DNA of 64,000 bases from Candidatus Bathyarchaeia archaeon (GTDB lineage: Archaea > Thermoproteota > Bathyarchaeia > Bathyarchaeales > Bathycorpusculaceae), in the NCBI GenBank assembly GCA_049516875.1, contig JBEKSS010000001.1, positions 224,001 to 288,000 of the forward strand. Reading direction: 5' to 3'. Numbering within the stretch: position 1 is the stretch's first letter; each line of letters starts with the position of its first letter. The position numbers and the translations under genes are program-made. Shown here in pieces: positions 1-9,922 of the stretch. The notes under the pieces were generated by a model. The model was given only the letters and a program-made list of their open reading frames with translations, had not been told where the DNA came from and made no database searches.

Positions 1-700
1 GATGCCCAATCCAGACATGGGCTTCAAGATCTTCAAGCTTATAATACCGGAGAACTTGCTCAGCATATCCCACAATCTTGAAAACGATGATATTTTTTCC
101 GTGAGAAACAACGAACGCTTTCTTATCGCCTAGAGAAGCATAATATTTTTTGTTCAGAGCAAAACTGTTTCGATAGATGAACTCATCCTCTACTTTGCTT
201 TGCTCGAGCCCTTCAAATCCATTCTTTTCAATGAATTGCCTTAATTTGTCTTCTTTTACTCGTACAAAATACCTCCAAACCTCTGGAGGTCTGACCTCTA
301 GACCTATAGTTCTGTAGTTCTCAATCACTGGGACTTTTTCTGCGAGCTCAACGTTGAGGTAGGGGTTTACGAATTGAGATTCGACTTCCACTCTTGAGTT
401 TGGGTCAATGTATGCTATCTGCATTAAGTAGTCTTCTTCTAACACCCTCTCTGAAACGCCCAGTTGCTTCGCAGAAAGACCGACCGCTGCTATACCGCCA
501 CCTTTGCCGTTTCCTCTGTTATGCATCTGGATAAGTGGTTGCAGCAAGTGTCTTCCCTTTATTGGAACAGAACTAGCTACTCCAAGGACGCCGCATCCGC
601 CCTCTGCCACGTTTTCATAAGTCGAATTGTTGGAGTGGTTGGCAGCACATTCTTTCCCTGAAACCATTGGACTTTGAGTGTTCCTGTCCAAAACTATCAC
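1..700 (-). CDS. Glutamate synthase class-II glutamine amidotransferase (GltB1-type) subunit, runs off the left edge
   Basis: Not in the ORF track. Manual translation from GTG at 700 (overlapping the upstream TGA) gives ...AEGGCGVLG...MHNRGNGKGGGIAAVG, an Ntn-amidotransferase Cys after a propeptide plus the RG motif. Confidence 0.85.
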   Translation of the reverse strand, partial: MIVLDRNTQSPMVSGKECAANHSNNSTYENVAEGGCGVLGVASSVPIKGRHLLQPLIQMHNRGNGKGGGIAAVGLSAKQLGVSERVLEEDYLMQIAYIDPNSRVEVESQFVNPYLNVELAEKVPVIENYRTIGLEVRPPEVWRYFVRVKEDKLRQFIEKNGFEGLEQSKVEDEFIYRNSFALNKKYYASLGDKKAFVVSHGKNIIVFKIVGYAEQVLRYYKLEDLEAHVWIGH

Positions 701-2247
701 CTCAAATGATCGAGATGCACCATGTTATTGAATCGGCCTTTTCTGAACTTCACTTCATCGTTGGGTCGAAGTTCTCGGATATTCTCTAGGTCAAGCTTCC
801 TCAGAATATAGCTCCATTGTCTCTTCCATGAACTATAAAGGTTGATTATCCTTTGAGAACCCCAGTCTATGTCGATAAAATACTTAAGTGCTGGATCTGT
901 CGTGGCTATACCAGATGGACAGCCTTTTCCTCTTTCACAGTTTTCACATCTTTTGCATCCTAGTGCAACTAGTTCCGCTGTTCCAATTACCGCTCCATCA
1001 GCTCCTAAGGCTATGGCCTTAGCGACGTCGAACGCCGTTCTTATCCCGCCGCTGGCCATTATTGTTATCTCGTCTCTGACTCCTTCTCTTACCAGATAAT
1101 TGTGGACAATCGGGATTGCGTATTCAACTGGCATAGCAATGTTTTTCTTGGCTATGTCAGGGGCTGCGCCTGTTCCGCCATACCCACCATCTATTTGTAG
1201 AATGTGAGCCCCTGCATAGTAACTTCCAATCGCTACCATATCAACATCCGTGGGAGTTGAAACTTTCACGGAAATCAAGGCTTGAGGATTCACATCTTCC
1301 ATTAATTGAACGTGCCTGTAGTGATCTTCCACAGAATAAACGTTATGAAAGGGGAATGGAGAAAACAAACTTATACAGGGAACTACTTCGCGTATCTTTG
1401 CAACATCAGGAGTGACCTTGTCAGCAAGCAAGTGTCCTCCTAAGCCGGGTTTCGCGCCCTGGGCGTATTTCAGGACTATGATCTTTGTTCTTTTGATAGT
1501 TTCAGCGTTCACCCCAAAGTGGCCAGTGGCAACTTGGGTTATGACGTGATTTTTGTATTGGATTAACTCGTCAGGATAGCCTCCCTCACCGGTGCTGGTG
1601 AAGGTGTTCCAAGCCTCTGCTGCTTTGGCTCTCGCGAGCATCACGTTCAAGCTTACGGAGCCAAAGGACATGTCCGCGCCGTAGACTGGTATAGGAATCT
1701 TGATTTCTGGCCGTCCATCTTTTCTCTTGTTCAGAATTATAGAAGTATCTCTGTTTTCTTCGCTGACAAGCTCATCTCCACAGATTTCTTTATCCTCTAA
1801 TTCAAAATCAAATCGTAGCTTGTCGAAGCCTCCTCCGGATTCCCCAATTTTGTACTCGTGTTCTTTTGATACCCTTCCGACTTCAGCCTGTTCCGAGGTG
1901 GACAATATCAAGTCAGCAGTCCATCGTAGGTCGCCGAGGGCAATGTACTGTGGGCTGAGTTCAACGGATAAAGCATTGTTTGGGCACTCATTCACGCATC
2001 GTTTACACGAAAGACCCGTACAAGAAACCTTGGGGACAGTTAGACGCAGATATCCATTCGGCTTTTTGTAGGCTTCATAATCTATCGGTGAAGCTCCTAT
2101 GTATGAAGGGCAGACTTCAGCGCAAATTCCACACATTGAACATTTGGACCTATCGATAATTACTTCATACTTTTCTATTGAGCCGGGATATTGGGAAGGT
2201 GCGGGTTTTATTTCTGGCGTTTGAAAAAGGAGTTCCTTCTGCATCAT
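697..2247 (-). CDS. FMN-binding glutamate synthase subunit (GltB2-type) with N-terminal ferredoxin domain
   Basis: CxxCxxCxxxCP motif, MSFGS, STGEGG, QVATGHFG, KYAQGAKPGLGGHL, SGGIRT and the CxxCxxCxxGxxCPxGIAT Fe-S motif. Confidence 0.92.
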   Translation of the reverse strand: MMQKELLFQTPEIKPAPSQYPGSIEKYEVIIDRSKCSMCGICAEVCPSYIGASPIDYEAYKKPNGYLRLTVPKVSCTGLSCKRCVNECPNNALSVELSPQYIALGDLRWTADLILSTSEQAEVGRVSKEHEYKIGESGGGFDKLRFDFELEDKEICGDELVSEENRDTSIILNKRKDGRPEIKIPIPVYGADMSFGSVSLNVMLARAKAAEAWNTFTSTGEGGYPDELIQYKNHVITQVATGHFGVNAETIKRTKIIVLKYAQGAKPGLGGHLLADKVTPDVAKIREVVPCISLFSPFPFHNVYSVEDHYRHVQLMEDVNPQALISVKVSTPTDVDMVAIGSYYAGAHILQIDGGYGGTGAAPDIAKKNIAMPVEYAIPIVHNYLVREGVRDEITIMASGGIRTAFDVAKAIALGADGAVIGTAELVALGCKRCENCERGKGCPSGIATTDPALKYFIDIDWGSQRIINLYSSWKRQWSYILRKLDLENIRELRPNDEVKFRKGRFNNMVHLDHLR

Positions 2248-3620
2248 TCTTTATCACCGAAGACTTTTGCTTCAAGATCCTCGTAGAACATCGCTCTGCC
2301 AACCTCGCCCGTTTGCCTTCTCACTTCCCGCAAGCCCATTCCTCCGAGCACTTCCAACAATTGGTCCCTCCATGCGCCGATGAGGTTCGTAATTCTCTGG
2401 GTTGCCAGTTCAACGTCTCCATTTTCCACATTCATCCTGCAGTCTTGGCTATGCATAGTTCCATAGCAAACTTTGCATCCAAGAGCAATTTGATATGCCA
2501 TTCCAACGGCGACAGCATTGGCTCCAAGAATTATGGATTTGGGAACATGAGCCGCCTCTGCTATTCCTCCACTAGAGATTAGAGTGATCTTGTCTCGATT
2601 GCGTTTATCAACGAGATATGAGTGAACAGAGCGGATAGCGTTTTTGATCGCGTCAGGATCTCGCTCAACAACTCCATCGTCAACGTGAAAATGAACGATA
2701 TCGCCTCCCATCCTTGCAATTGCATCCGCCCTTTCAGGAGCTTCCTTATCATAAGAAAAGTAGAAGGAGACTAACGCTGAAGGATTAGTCGCCTTGATCT
2801 TCTCCAAGTGATCTTTTATTTCGCCGCCCCTAAACTCAACTTCAACGATTTGCGATATTTTGACCAGATCTTCAAATTCGTCTATTTCGTCAGAGTTGAT
2901 TCTGGGTATTAGATTTGCTTCATAATGCGTCAGATCGGACGAATATTCTCTTGCGTTTACTATGGCAAAAGTCTTGAGTCCAGCTGCAGCCTTCGCCAAA
3001 GCTAGCTGGAGGTTCCTGTTTGTTCTGCAACCTAGCGGAGCATCGAAAATCATGGGTATCGGAATCTCTATAGTTCTGGGAACATTAGAAACCAGCTCCT
3101 CATTCTCATCAAATTCGAGGGATTGAAGTCTCCTTCCCAAGTCTACCGAAGTCGAAATATACTCTCTACCATGAATTCCATCCCTCGTTGGTCTGACTAT
3201 CTCTGAAAAATCGAGCCAGATGCTGTCAAAACCCTCTCCCGCAAAGGGGCCAGTATACCCAGCGCCAGAAACAGGAACCCTGCCGGTTTCTGCTTCAAAA
3301 TAGATTGTTTTTATTCTGTCTGGAGAGAAATAGGAATTTCCCAATTTTTCGAATTCAGGGTTGATTCCGATTGAGATGGCGCCTTTTGGACATTTCAAGA
3401 CGCACATGTAACACCCCCTGCACAAATCTTGTATGGGCTCTGCAATCTGACTATCCTCGCGCAACTCATGGACGCCATATATGCAAGCTTGGGTACATTC
3501 CTGAGCGTTTGTGCAGTTATTGTAGCGATTGACTATAAACTTTGGAGGCAACTTGATTTTTGGAGGGGCTTCTTCCACCTCTATGTGATATCTCTCGTAA
3601 TCGGCTTTCATTTGAAACAC
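2244..3620 (-). CDS. Glutamate synthase-related protein: ferredoxin plus degenerate GltB2-like barrel
   Basis: CRGCYMCVLKCP, FDSIWLDFSEIVRPTRDGIHGREYISTSVDLG, SGGIAEAAHVPKSIILGA. Lacks the TGEGG and QGAKPG motifs. Confidence 0.85.
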   Translation of the reverse strand: MFQMKADYERYHIEVEEAPPKIKLPPKFIVNRYNNCTNAQECTQACIYGVHELREDSQIAEPIQDLCRGCYMCVLKCPKGAISIGINPEFEKLGNSYFSPDRIKTIYFEAETGRVPVSGAGYTGPFAGEGFDSIWLDFSEIVRPTRDGIHGREYISTSVDLGRRLQSLEFDENEELVSNVPRTIEIPIPMIFDAPLGCRTNRNLQLALAKAAAGLKTFAIVNAREYSSDLTHYEANLIPRINSDEIDEFEDLVKISQIVEVEFRGGEIKDHLEKIKATNPSALVSFYFSYDKEAPERADAIARMGGDIVHFHVDDGVVERDPDAIKNAIRSVHSYLVDKRNRDKITLISSGGIAEAAHVPKSIILGANAVAVGMAYQIALGCKVCYGTMHSQDCRMNVENGDVELATQRITNLIGAWRDQLLEVLGGMGLREVRRQTGEVGRAMFYEDLEAKVFGDKE

Positions 3621-3806
3621 CTAGCCTTCGAATCGTAGTTAGGAATTGTTCGTAGCTTAGTGCGTGTCATGTTGCTACCTGAATGTGCAAATTAATAATA
3701 TAGTGAAGTTTGAATGTACATATAAAAACTTTATTACCAGATTGAAAGACAAATGTTAAACAAAAGCCATGAATCTTGGATGAACGTGCAGTGGCGGTGT
3801 TTAAAC

Positions 3807-3950
3807 ATGCATCTGGACGAGACAGATGTCAAAACCTTGAAAGCGTTGACTGCGAAGGCTAGACTCTCATCAAGACAAGTTGACAAGCAGTGCGACATTT
3901 CAATCGGCACGACGCCAGACCAAAAAAGAGAGTTTATCGTCCAGAAGTAA
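3807..3950 (+). pseudogene. Truncated Lrp/AsnC regulator (N-terminal HTH only)
   Basis: MHLDETDVKTLKALTAKARLSSRQVDKQCDISIGTT is an Lrp N-terminus. Similarity is lost just before the att scar at 3951. Confidence 0.7.
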
Positions 3951-4022
3951 GTTGAAGGTGCGGGGGATGGGGTTTGAACCCGTCTCCGAGTGGCGATGTC
4001 TCCACAGTCTCCCGCAACTCCC
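3951..4022 (-). repeat. tRNA-Leu 3'-end att scar, copy 1, plus element arm sequence
   Basis: Reverse complement of 3957-3981 is GGGTTCAAACCCCATCCCCCGCACC (T-arm and acceptor strand). 3951-3981 is identical to 7215-7245. Confidence 0.85.
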
Positions 4023-4325
4023 CTCTTTTTCTGTCACTGTTACCTTTCAGCGAGGAGCATTTAAAACGCGCCCGATTCTGAAGGGTATCGTAACGCCGTG
4101 GGCACGTCGGACTGCGGCGCTATTGGACCTTTTTTCGTTCAAGATTTTTCGAACGAGTGCTGATGCTAATAGCTCAGCCGCCGGATACTCTGCATGAACA
4201 AGCGCCTGGGACATGAGACTTGCGAGAAACTGTTCGAGAAGCGAGGCTGGAAGTGGGCTCTTAGTCGTTTTGCTTTTGATGTTTGGGGTGACGGAAGCGA
4301 AGAAACGACTAGAATGTAAGCTAAA

Positions 4326-4538
4326 ATGAAGCTGGTTGATCGACTCGATAGAGTAGCCGAGCTTCGGAAGACAAACAGGACGAACATTGTCAGAAGCGCA
4401 TGCATCGCGTACCTAAGAAACACAGACATAGCCCCTAAGAGGAACGCTAGAGATAAGCAACAGGTGGAGCGGCATTGTGATTCAATCGCAGTTAATTGCG
4501 TGCGCTTCATACATAAACGAGGGTGTATTGGGGCTTAA
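4326..4538 (+). pseudogene. Ribbon-helix-helix (CopG-like) protein remnant
   Basis: LVDRLDRVAELRKTNRTNIVRSACIAYL fits the RHH helices. An in-frame stop lies just upstream. Confidence 0.5.
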
Positions 4539-4638
4539 AACCGTCTACAAGTGACGGCGTCTCTCCATAAGGAACTTCCAAAGTCGATTCTCTCCACTTT
4601 ATTCTGCGAACGTGTGCATCATGAACCCACGATCGGTT

Positions 4639-5457
4639 CTACTTCCCGTCTTTTCCTCGCATTGAGTGAAAATGTTTTCTTTTGTAAGCTGTGATTACAA
4701 ACAGTGTTGCTATCATGAATAGTAACAGAATCATTATTGAAGGAAACTCTGGAACTACGGTATAAGGCGTGCCGTTCGCAGATGTTGCACTATTCCCATG
4801 ATAATCCCAGGCAACTATTCTGAAACTCACGTAGGTGCCGTTAGGCTGCCCTGGAACCGTTCCGCTGTAAGAGAGGAGCAACGAGTCTTTTGGGTACACG
4901 GTTAGATTGAGGTCCATCGGCACATTAACCCAGTCTGTACCGTTGTTCAGATTGTACTGCAGAGTTGCATTCTGCACTCCGGACCCCACATCGGAAACTA
5001 CAGCTGAGGCAATCACGCTCTGGTTGTCGCTCACGTTTCCTGAAGGAGTTCTTGTTATACTGTCAATACTCGGCAGGATAGTAAAACTTCCGTTGTTCGG
5101 GCCCAAGTAGGCTACAAACCCGTTCGTTGACAAATAATCTGCATATTCAACTGTTATCCTAGGTGTGACCAACGCTGCTTCTGATATTAAGTCGTTAGAA
5201 GAGCTCAATCCACGTTCAATGTTGAAGTCTGCATACTCCATCACTATTCTTTGAGTCACATTTCCAGCTACGCTAACAAGACCTGAGGAATACGCAGTGA
5301 CATTGGTCGAATTGTAGTCAGCACCTTGAATAACAATGCCTTGATCTGCAGCAATTGCTTGCCTGAAGGAGAAAGCCAGCATGGTCGTCGCTGACAAAAG
5401 AAACAGAGCTATGCATGCTACAGCCAAGGGCTTTCTCATCAATTTCGGTTCACTCAA
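4639..5457 (-). CDS. Exported surface protein with PEF-CTERM-like sorting signal
   Basis: Signal peptide, many N-x-S/T sequons, and C-terminal VPEFP followed by a TM helix and basic tail. Confidence 0.8.
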   Translation of the reverse strand: MSEPKLMRKPLAVACIALFLLSATTMLAFSFRQAIAADQGIVIQGADYNSTNVTAYSSGLVSVAGNVTQRIVMEYADFNIERGLSSSNDLISEAALVTPRITVEYADYLSTNGFVAYLGPNNGSFTILPSIDSITRTPSGNVSDNQSVIASAVVSDVGSGVQNATLQYNLNNGTDWVNVPMDLNLTVYPKDSLLLSYSGTVPGQPNGTYVSFRIVAWDYHGNSATSANGTPYTVVPEFPSIMILLLFMIATLFVITAYKRKHFHSMRGKDGK

Positions 5458-5463
5458 TGATAT

Positions 5464-6333
5464 TTATCCTTCTTGATAGGCTAGCACCAAGCAGACACCA
5501 TCAGCTTCAGCACCATAATCACGGTACCACACGTTATGGACGTCGGGAGCTACAGTCAGCAAGGTTGAAAGTTTTCCGTAGATTGTCTGAGTGTGTACAA
5601 TCTCGTACAGATGTAGTTGGTCGATATAGAAATCTGATTCAGCACTGTTTCTTGCATAGCAAGACCAAGATTCCTCCCAAAAGGTGAATCCGGTCGCAGG
5701 AAGCGTAACATTGAAACCTCTAATAACATTGCCCAACTGAGCCTTAACTATAAGCATGAACTTGTTCGCACTGGGATACGCAAAATCGTAGTATTGCGCA
5801 CCTGCCGTGCTCGCGCTGTAGGCATCAGCGATCTTCTTCAAGCCTTGTTGGAGCTTGTTCCCCGTAAATTGAATTCCGTTCCACCAACTCCAATCTATTA
5901 TTTTGCTAACTGGCTCAGATTTGAGGTAATAGACCACGATCCAACCAGTCTTGTGAACAAAACAGTGAGCATCTTCGGTGGGTTCTAAGGTCCCAGTAGA
6001 GTTTGGAATGGATATGGAGCCAATCACATAGTCAGATGTGTTAGATTCAATAGTTCTAAATGGAGGAAGCTGGGACAAGTCAAGCGACATCCCCGCGTTC
6101 ATGTAAATTGATATTCCCGCCTGATCTTCCAGAAACGTGGTCGCTGAGGCCACGCTCGCTGCAAATGCAGGACGTACCAGAAAGAGACCTTGTCCATTTC
6201 CAGTTGACGCATCATTTTGCAATCCGCTATTTCTCGAATACACGTACAATCCTAAACAAAGCATTAAAGTTGTCACTATCAATATGCTTGCTTTCACTTT
6301 ATTGTTTCTGGGCTTCACACTTAATCCTTCCAT
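5464..6333 (-). CDS. Exported/membrane-anchored hypothetical protein
   Basis: 289-aa ORF with an N-terminal TM segment, 6 bp upstream of the PEF-CTERM gene. Confidence 0.75.
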   Translation of the reverse strand: MEGLSVKPRNNKVKASILIVTTLMLCLGLYVYSRNSGLQNDASTGNGQGLFLVRPAFAASVASATTFLEDQAGISIYMNAGMSLDLSQLPPFRTIESNTSDYVIGSISIPNSTGTLEPTEDAHCFVHKTGWIVVYYLKSEPVSKIIDWSWWNGIQFTGNKLQQGLKKIADAYSASTAGAQYYDFAYPSANKFMLIVKAQLGNVIRGFNVTLPATGFTFWEESWSCYARNSAESDFYIDQLHLYEIVHTQTIYGKLSTLLTVAPDVHNVWYRDYGAEADGVCLVLAYQEG

Positions 6334-6911
6334 TGTTCATTCAAAATTGAAGTCCTGTTAAGATCAAATTGATTTTTAAGACTTGCGGTAGAAGCAACTG
6401 AACCGTGTTTTGAGTGGAATATACGTCTCTTTGACAGGCGCTCAATACGGATAAAGTGTGAAAGCTTAAAAGCAGATTCTAGCCGAGTCTAATCATAGGA
6501 CCTGCGGGCTCATTTCTCGAATATTCTGTAGCTGCGTCCTCCAACAAGAGAGGTTAACGTGGCAGTAGACGCGGTTTTTGATGAGGCACAAGCGTAGTGA
6601 GGCTTCACAGCAGAGACGATTCATCAAACGGTTGGTTATGTGCGCGCAAAAGACTTATGAAAATCTACGGTCTAGTCAGAACTTACCGTCTTGACTGCGT
6701 TGAACAGAACGTCGCATGGGCAAGCAGCCTGGTCAACTATTTTGAGCAGAAGGCTTCCGCAGGCACGGTTCTCGCATTCACAAGCGACCTTTCCGTTAGA
6801 GCGGTCATTAGCACAAACGTATACATTACAGGGGTCAATTTCACCGCCGAAAACATAGGGACCCAGAACATAAGAAACTTCACGCTTGCTCTCCAGGAAG
6901 CCTAGAGCGCG

Positions 6912-7184
6912 CGCTTAATCAAGCAGATAAGCTTCAAGACACTGCGACATTGGAAAGCTACTATGGAGTATCAGCGAACAAAAGACATTCTTCACGTCAT
7001 GAACGTACTCGGCCACAAGAACATCAAGAACACCCTTATCTACACGCACATGGTGAACTTGGAAGGCGACGAATACGTCTCAAAAGCCGCATGGAACCTC
7101 GAAGAAGCATGCAAGCTTGTGGACGATGGCTTCGACTACGTGACAGACATGGAAGGAGTCAAACTCTTCAGAAAACGCAAGTAA
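6912..7184 (+). pseudogene. Tyrosine integrase C-terminal fragment
   Basis: In-frame RLIKQISFKTLRHWKATMEY...LGHKNIKNTLIYTH carries the xxLRH, LGH and catalytic Tyr motifs. The N-terminal part is missing and the break lies at AGCGCGCGCT 6906-6915. Confidence 0.88.
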
Positions 7185-7214
7185 CATGCATTAGGGGGGT
7201 TCATCCAAAAACAT

Positions 7215-7274
7215 GTTGAAGGTGCGGGGGATGGGGTTTGAACCCATGCAGCCCTACGGCAACAGGTTTCTTAA
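7215..7274 (-). repeat. tRNA-Leu(TAA) 3' half (degenerate), att scar copy 2
   Basis: Reverse complement TTAAGAAACCTGTTGCCGTAGGGCTGCATGGGTTCAAACCCCATCCCCCGCACC covers the anticodon loop, long variable arm, T-arm and acceptor strand. No 5' half is present. Confidence 0.85.
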
Positions 7275-7511
7275 AACGGTGTCTGTTCCAACCAAACTGG
7301 TTTTTCTTTTCTGGGCAACGTTTTCCTAAGCCTGTCTCCTTTGGCCAAACTCGGACACCCCCGCGGATTGAGAGGGGTTCAGATGCTGAATCAGTATCTT
7401 CTTTTATATTTGTTTGGTCTTCCAAGGATGACATCCTAGTTTTGGTCTTCCTAAGGGTTATATTTGCTCAAATATCTATAATCAAATGGCAACAGCTCGG
7501 AGAAAGGCGAA

Positions 7512-8135
7512 GTGATTATGAAAAAAAAGTATAGTCAGCATAAAAGACAAGGAATAATTCGCGACCCCAAAGTCGAGAGAAAAGATTTGAAAGACACTGA
7601 GATGGCGCTTGTCTCAGAACTGATCAAGAACTCTAGAAGAAGTGACAGAGAACTCGCGAGGGCCATTGGAGTCTCCCAGCCGACAGTGAGCAGGATGATT
7701 AGGAAGCTGGAGAAAGAAGGAATTATAAACGAATACACTATGATACCCGATTTCAGAAAACTGGGGTATAATCTATGTGCGTTCATTTTCTTTAGACTGA
7801 AAGCTCCCATCGCCCCAGAGAGGATTAAATGGGCAAGAGAAGCCACAGCAGAAAGGTTGAGTCAGACTCCGTTTGTAATTCTGTTGCTTGAGAGAGGGAT
7901 AGGCTTAGACCGCGAAGCTGTGATGATCTGCCTCTACAAGGACTACGCATCGTATACTGAGCACAGAAACATAATTAGGGAATTCCCATTCCTCGTTCCT
8001 TCAGATGTCGATAGTTTTCTAATAGATCTTAACGACGAGGTCCATTATCGATACCTAACCTTCGCAAGCGTAGCCAAAGATCTCTTAAGATCAATAGACA
8101 AAGGGAATAGCCCTACAAGAAAAGAGGGTCCCTGA
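7512..8135 (+). CDS. Lrp/AsnC-family transcriptional regulator
   Basis: LIKNSRRSDRELARAIGVSQPTVSRMIRKLEKEGII...PDFRKLGY. Confidence 0.9.
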   Translation: MIMKKKYSQHKRQGIIRDPKVERKDLKDTEMALVSELIKNSRRSDRELARAIGVSQPTVSRMIRKLEKEGIINEYTMIPDFRKLGYNLCAFIFFRLKAPIAPERIKWAREATAERLSQTPFVILLLERGIGLDREAVMICLYKDYASYTEHRNIIREFPFLVPSDVDSFLIDLNDEVHYRYLTFASVAKDLLRSIDKGNSPTRKEGP

Positions 8136-8196
8136 ACAGCGACTTCAAATAGAAAACTCTAAATTTCAAAGAATCTTCTTCAGGAGGAGGGTCTAC

Positions 8197-8273
8197 GCCT
8201 CGGTAGCCTAGCCCGGTGGGGCTCCGCCTTGGTAAGGCGGGGGTCGCGGGTTCGAATCCCGCCCGAGGCTCCA
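8197..8273 (+). tRNA. tRNA-Thr(GGT)
   Basis: Cloverleaf with GCCTCGG/CCGAGGC acceptor stem, CCGCC-TT-GGT-AA-GGCGG anticodon arm, GGTTCGAATCC T-loop and encoded CCA. Confidence 0.95.
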
Positions 8274-8362
8274 CGGAAGCTTCTTTCGTGAAAGAAACTT
8301 TCAAGAGAGCACGCGCGCAGATTTATCTACACCTTGAGAATCATGAAATACAGGGATGTTGG

Positions 8363-8899
8363 ATGGTTTACAGGACTGTCAGACTTGCTGATGGTCGAAC
8401 AGCCGCGCTTGATTGGTTGAAAGAAGATGAACTGCCCGAGGTTATAGAGGCGCTTAACAGCGTAATCCGAGAGGGAAAATACCTTTTCATGAACAGCGAG
8501 ATAACGGACATGAAAGAAGAGCGCCGATGGTTTGAGCATGGAACAAAAGAAGAAATGCGCTACCTCGTTGCCAGGGTTGACGGCAGAGTGGTTGGAGGTG
8601 CGAGCATTCACCCTCATACCGAGAAGCGTGCACACGTTGCAGATTATGGGATATACATTCGCGAAGGTTACCGTAACGTAGGCCTCGGAACAGCTTTGAC
8701 AAAAGAACTAATAGGAATCGCCAAGAAACAGAGACTCAAGATTCTTCAGCTTTCAGTTTATGCGACGAACGAGAGAGCTTTTCATGTCTACGAGAAATGT
8801 GGCTTTAAGGAATGCGGAAGATTGACCCGAGACATAAAATTCCTTGATGGAACATACGCCGATAGAATACTGATGGAGTTGCCTTTGAGAGGAATTTGA
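8363..8899 (+). CDS. GNAT-family N-acetyltransferase
   Basis: YRNVGLGTAL acetyl-CoA motif and NERAFHVYEKCGF. Start moved to ATG 8363 because the longer ORF overlaps the tRNA. Confidence 0.9.
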   Translation: MVYRTVRLADGRTAALDWLKEDELPEVIEALNSVIREGKYLFMNSEITDMKEERRWFEHGTKEEMRYLVARVDGRVVGGASIHPHTEKRAHVADYGIYIREGYRNVGLGTALTKELIGIAKKQRLKILQLSVYATNERAFHVYEKCGFKECGRLTRDIKFLDGTYADRILMELPLRGI

Positions 8900-8984
8900 A
8901 AGAGAAAGGAGAGGCGTGAGCAATTTTTTCCTAGGCTAAAGGTTAAAATTCGGGCTGAGTGCATTTTTTATTTGGTGTTTTACC

Positions 8985-9860
8985 ATGCTACCCAATGAAG
9001 GAATTGGGAAAATCACGAGCAACCCGTTTACGAGAGATGGCAAAGTCCTCTTGAGCAAGATTGCGACGACGGGAGACCTGAGAAAAGACATCCTTAAAGC
9101 CGTTAACGTGATTGGCGGATTCAGCAAGGTCATCGACAAGGGTGACCGAGTTTTGCTTAAACCCAACTATAACACCGCCGACCATCCACCTGCTTCAAGC
9201 GACCCAGAATTTCTTAAGGCAATAGTTGAGTTGTTGTTTGAACAGGGCGCTGGAAAAGTCATCCTGGGAGAGTCTTCTTGGCAAGGCCTATCCACTCGGA
9301 AGGCGCTGGAACAGGCTGGAACTCCTGCTGTGCTGAAAGATACGGGCGCAGAGATCGCGTTTTTCGACGAAGAAAAATATGTCAAAGTCAACGTGGGTGG
9401 GGAATACCTCAAACACGTCAGCTTGGCAGAAGAAGCCATGCATGTGGACAAGATAGTCTATTCCTGCTGTATGAAGACGCATTTCCGGGCTGACTTCTCT
9501 CTCAGCCTAAAACTGGGCTTTGGGTTCACGAAGAAGAGCGAGAGAATGGGATTTCACATCAGACATTTGAAAGAAAAACTCGTCGATCTAAACCTAGTCG
9601 TGCATCCAAACCTGATAATCATGGACGGAAGAAAATGCTTCATAACGGGAGGACCCTTCAGCGGCGAGGTACGAAACGCAAACGTCATTCTTGCTTCAGG
9701 AGACCGAGTGGCCATGGATGTTGAATCCATCAAGGTCATCGAAAGTTTTGAAGGTTCCAAGCTGAAAGACAACCCATGGAGCTACACGCAAATCCGCTGC
9801 GCAACCGCACTCGGGCTTGGAGTAAAAAGCGAAGACGAATACACGGTCGTCAACGAATAA
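8985..9860 (+). CDS. DUF362-family protein
   Basis: GDRVLLKPN, MKTH, IMDG, ILASGDRVAMD. Confidence 0.88.
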   Translation: MLPNEGIGKITSNPFTRDGKVLLSKIATTGDLRKDILKAVNVIGGFSKVIDKGDRVLLKPNYNTADHPPASSDPEFLKAIVELLFEQGAGKVILGESSWQGLSTRKALEQAGTPAVLKDTGAEIAFFDEEKYVKVNVGGEYLKHVSLAEEAMHVDKIVYSCCMKTHFRADFSLSLKLGFGFTKKSERMGFHIRHLKEKLVDLNLVVHPNLIIMDGRKCFITGGPFSGEVRNANVILASGDRVAMDVESIKVIESFEGSKLKDNPWSYTQIRCATALGLGVKSEDEYTVVNE

Positions 9861-9922
9861 GAAACAAATAGCGCGTTGCCGTCCCTTTCAAAAGTTTCAA
9901 ATAACCCAACTCACCTACCCAG

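Larger units (their letters stand above)
3951..7274. mobile_element. Decayed tRNA-Leu-targeting integrative element
   Basis: Bounded by 31-bp identical direct repeats. Contains an RHH relic, two exported-protein genes and an integrase C-terminus next to the right repeat. Confidence 0.65.

Noticed and set aside
6460-6640. Possible ncRNA after a TATA-like AAAGCTTAAAAG
   Set aside because: Only weak hairpins and no recognisable RNA family.
7413-7456. TTTGGTCTTCC direct repeat upstream of the Lrp gene
   Set aside because: It could be an operator, but two short copies are not enough to support a call.
8216-8362. N-terminal extension of the GNAT ORF
   Set aside because: It overlaps tRNA-Thr and crosses a GCGCGC junction. 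ATG 8363 is the plausible start.
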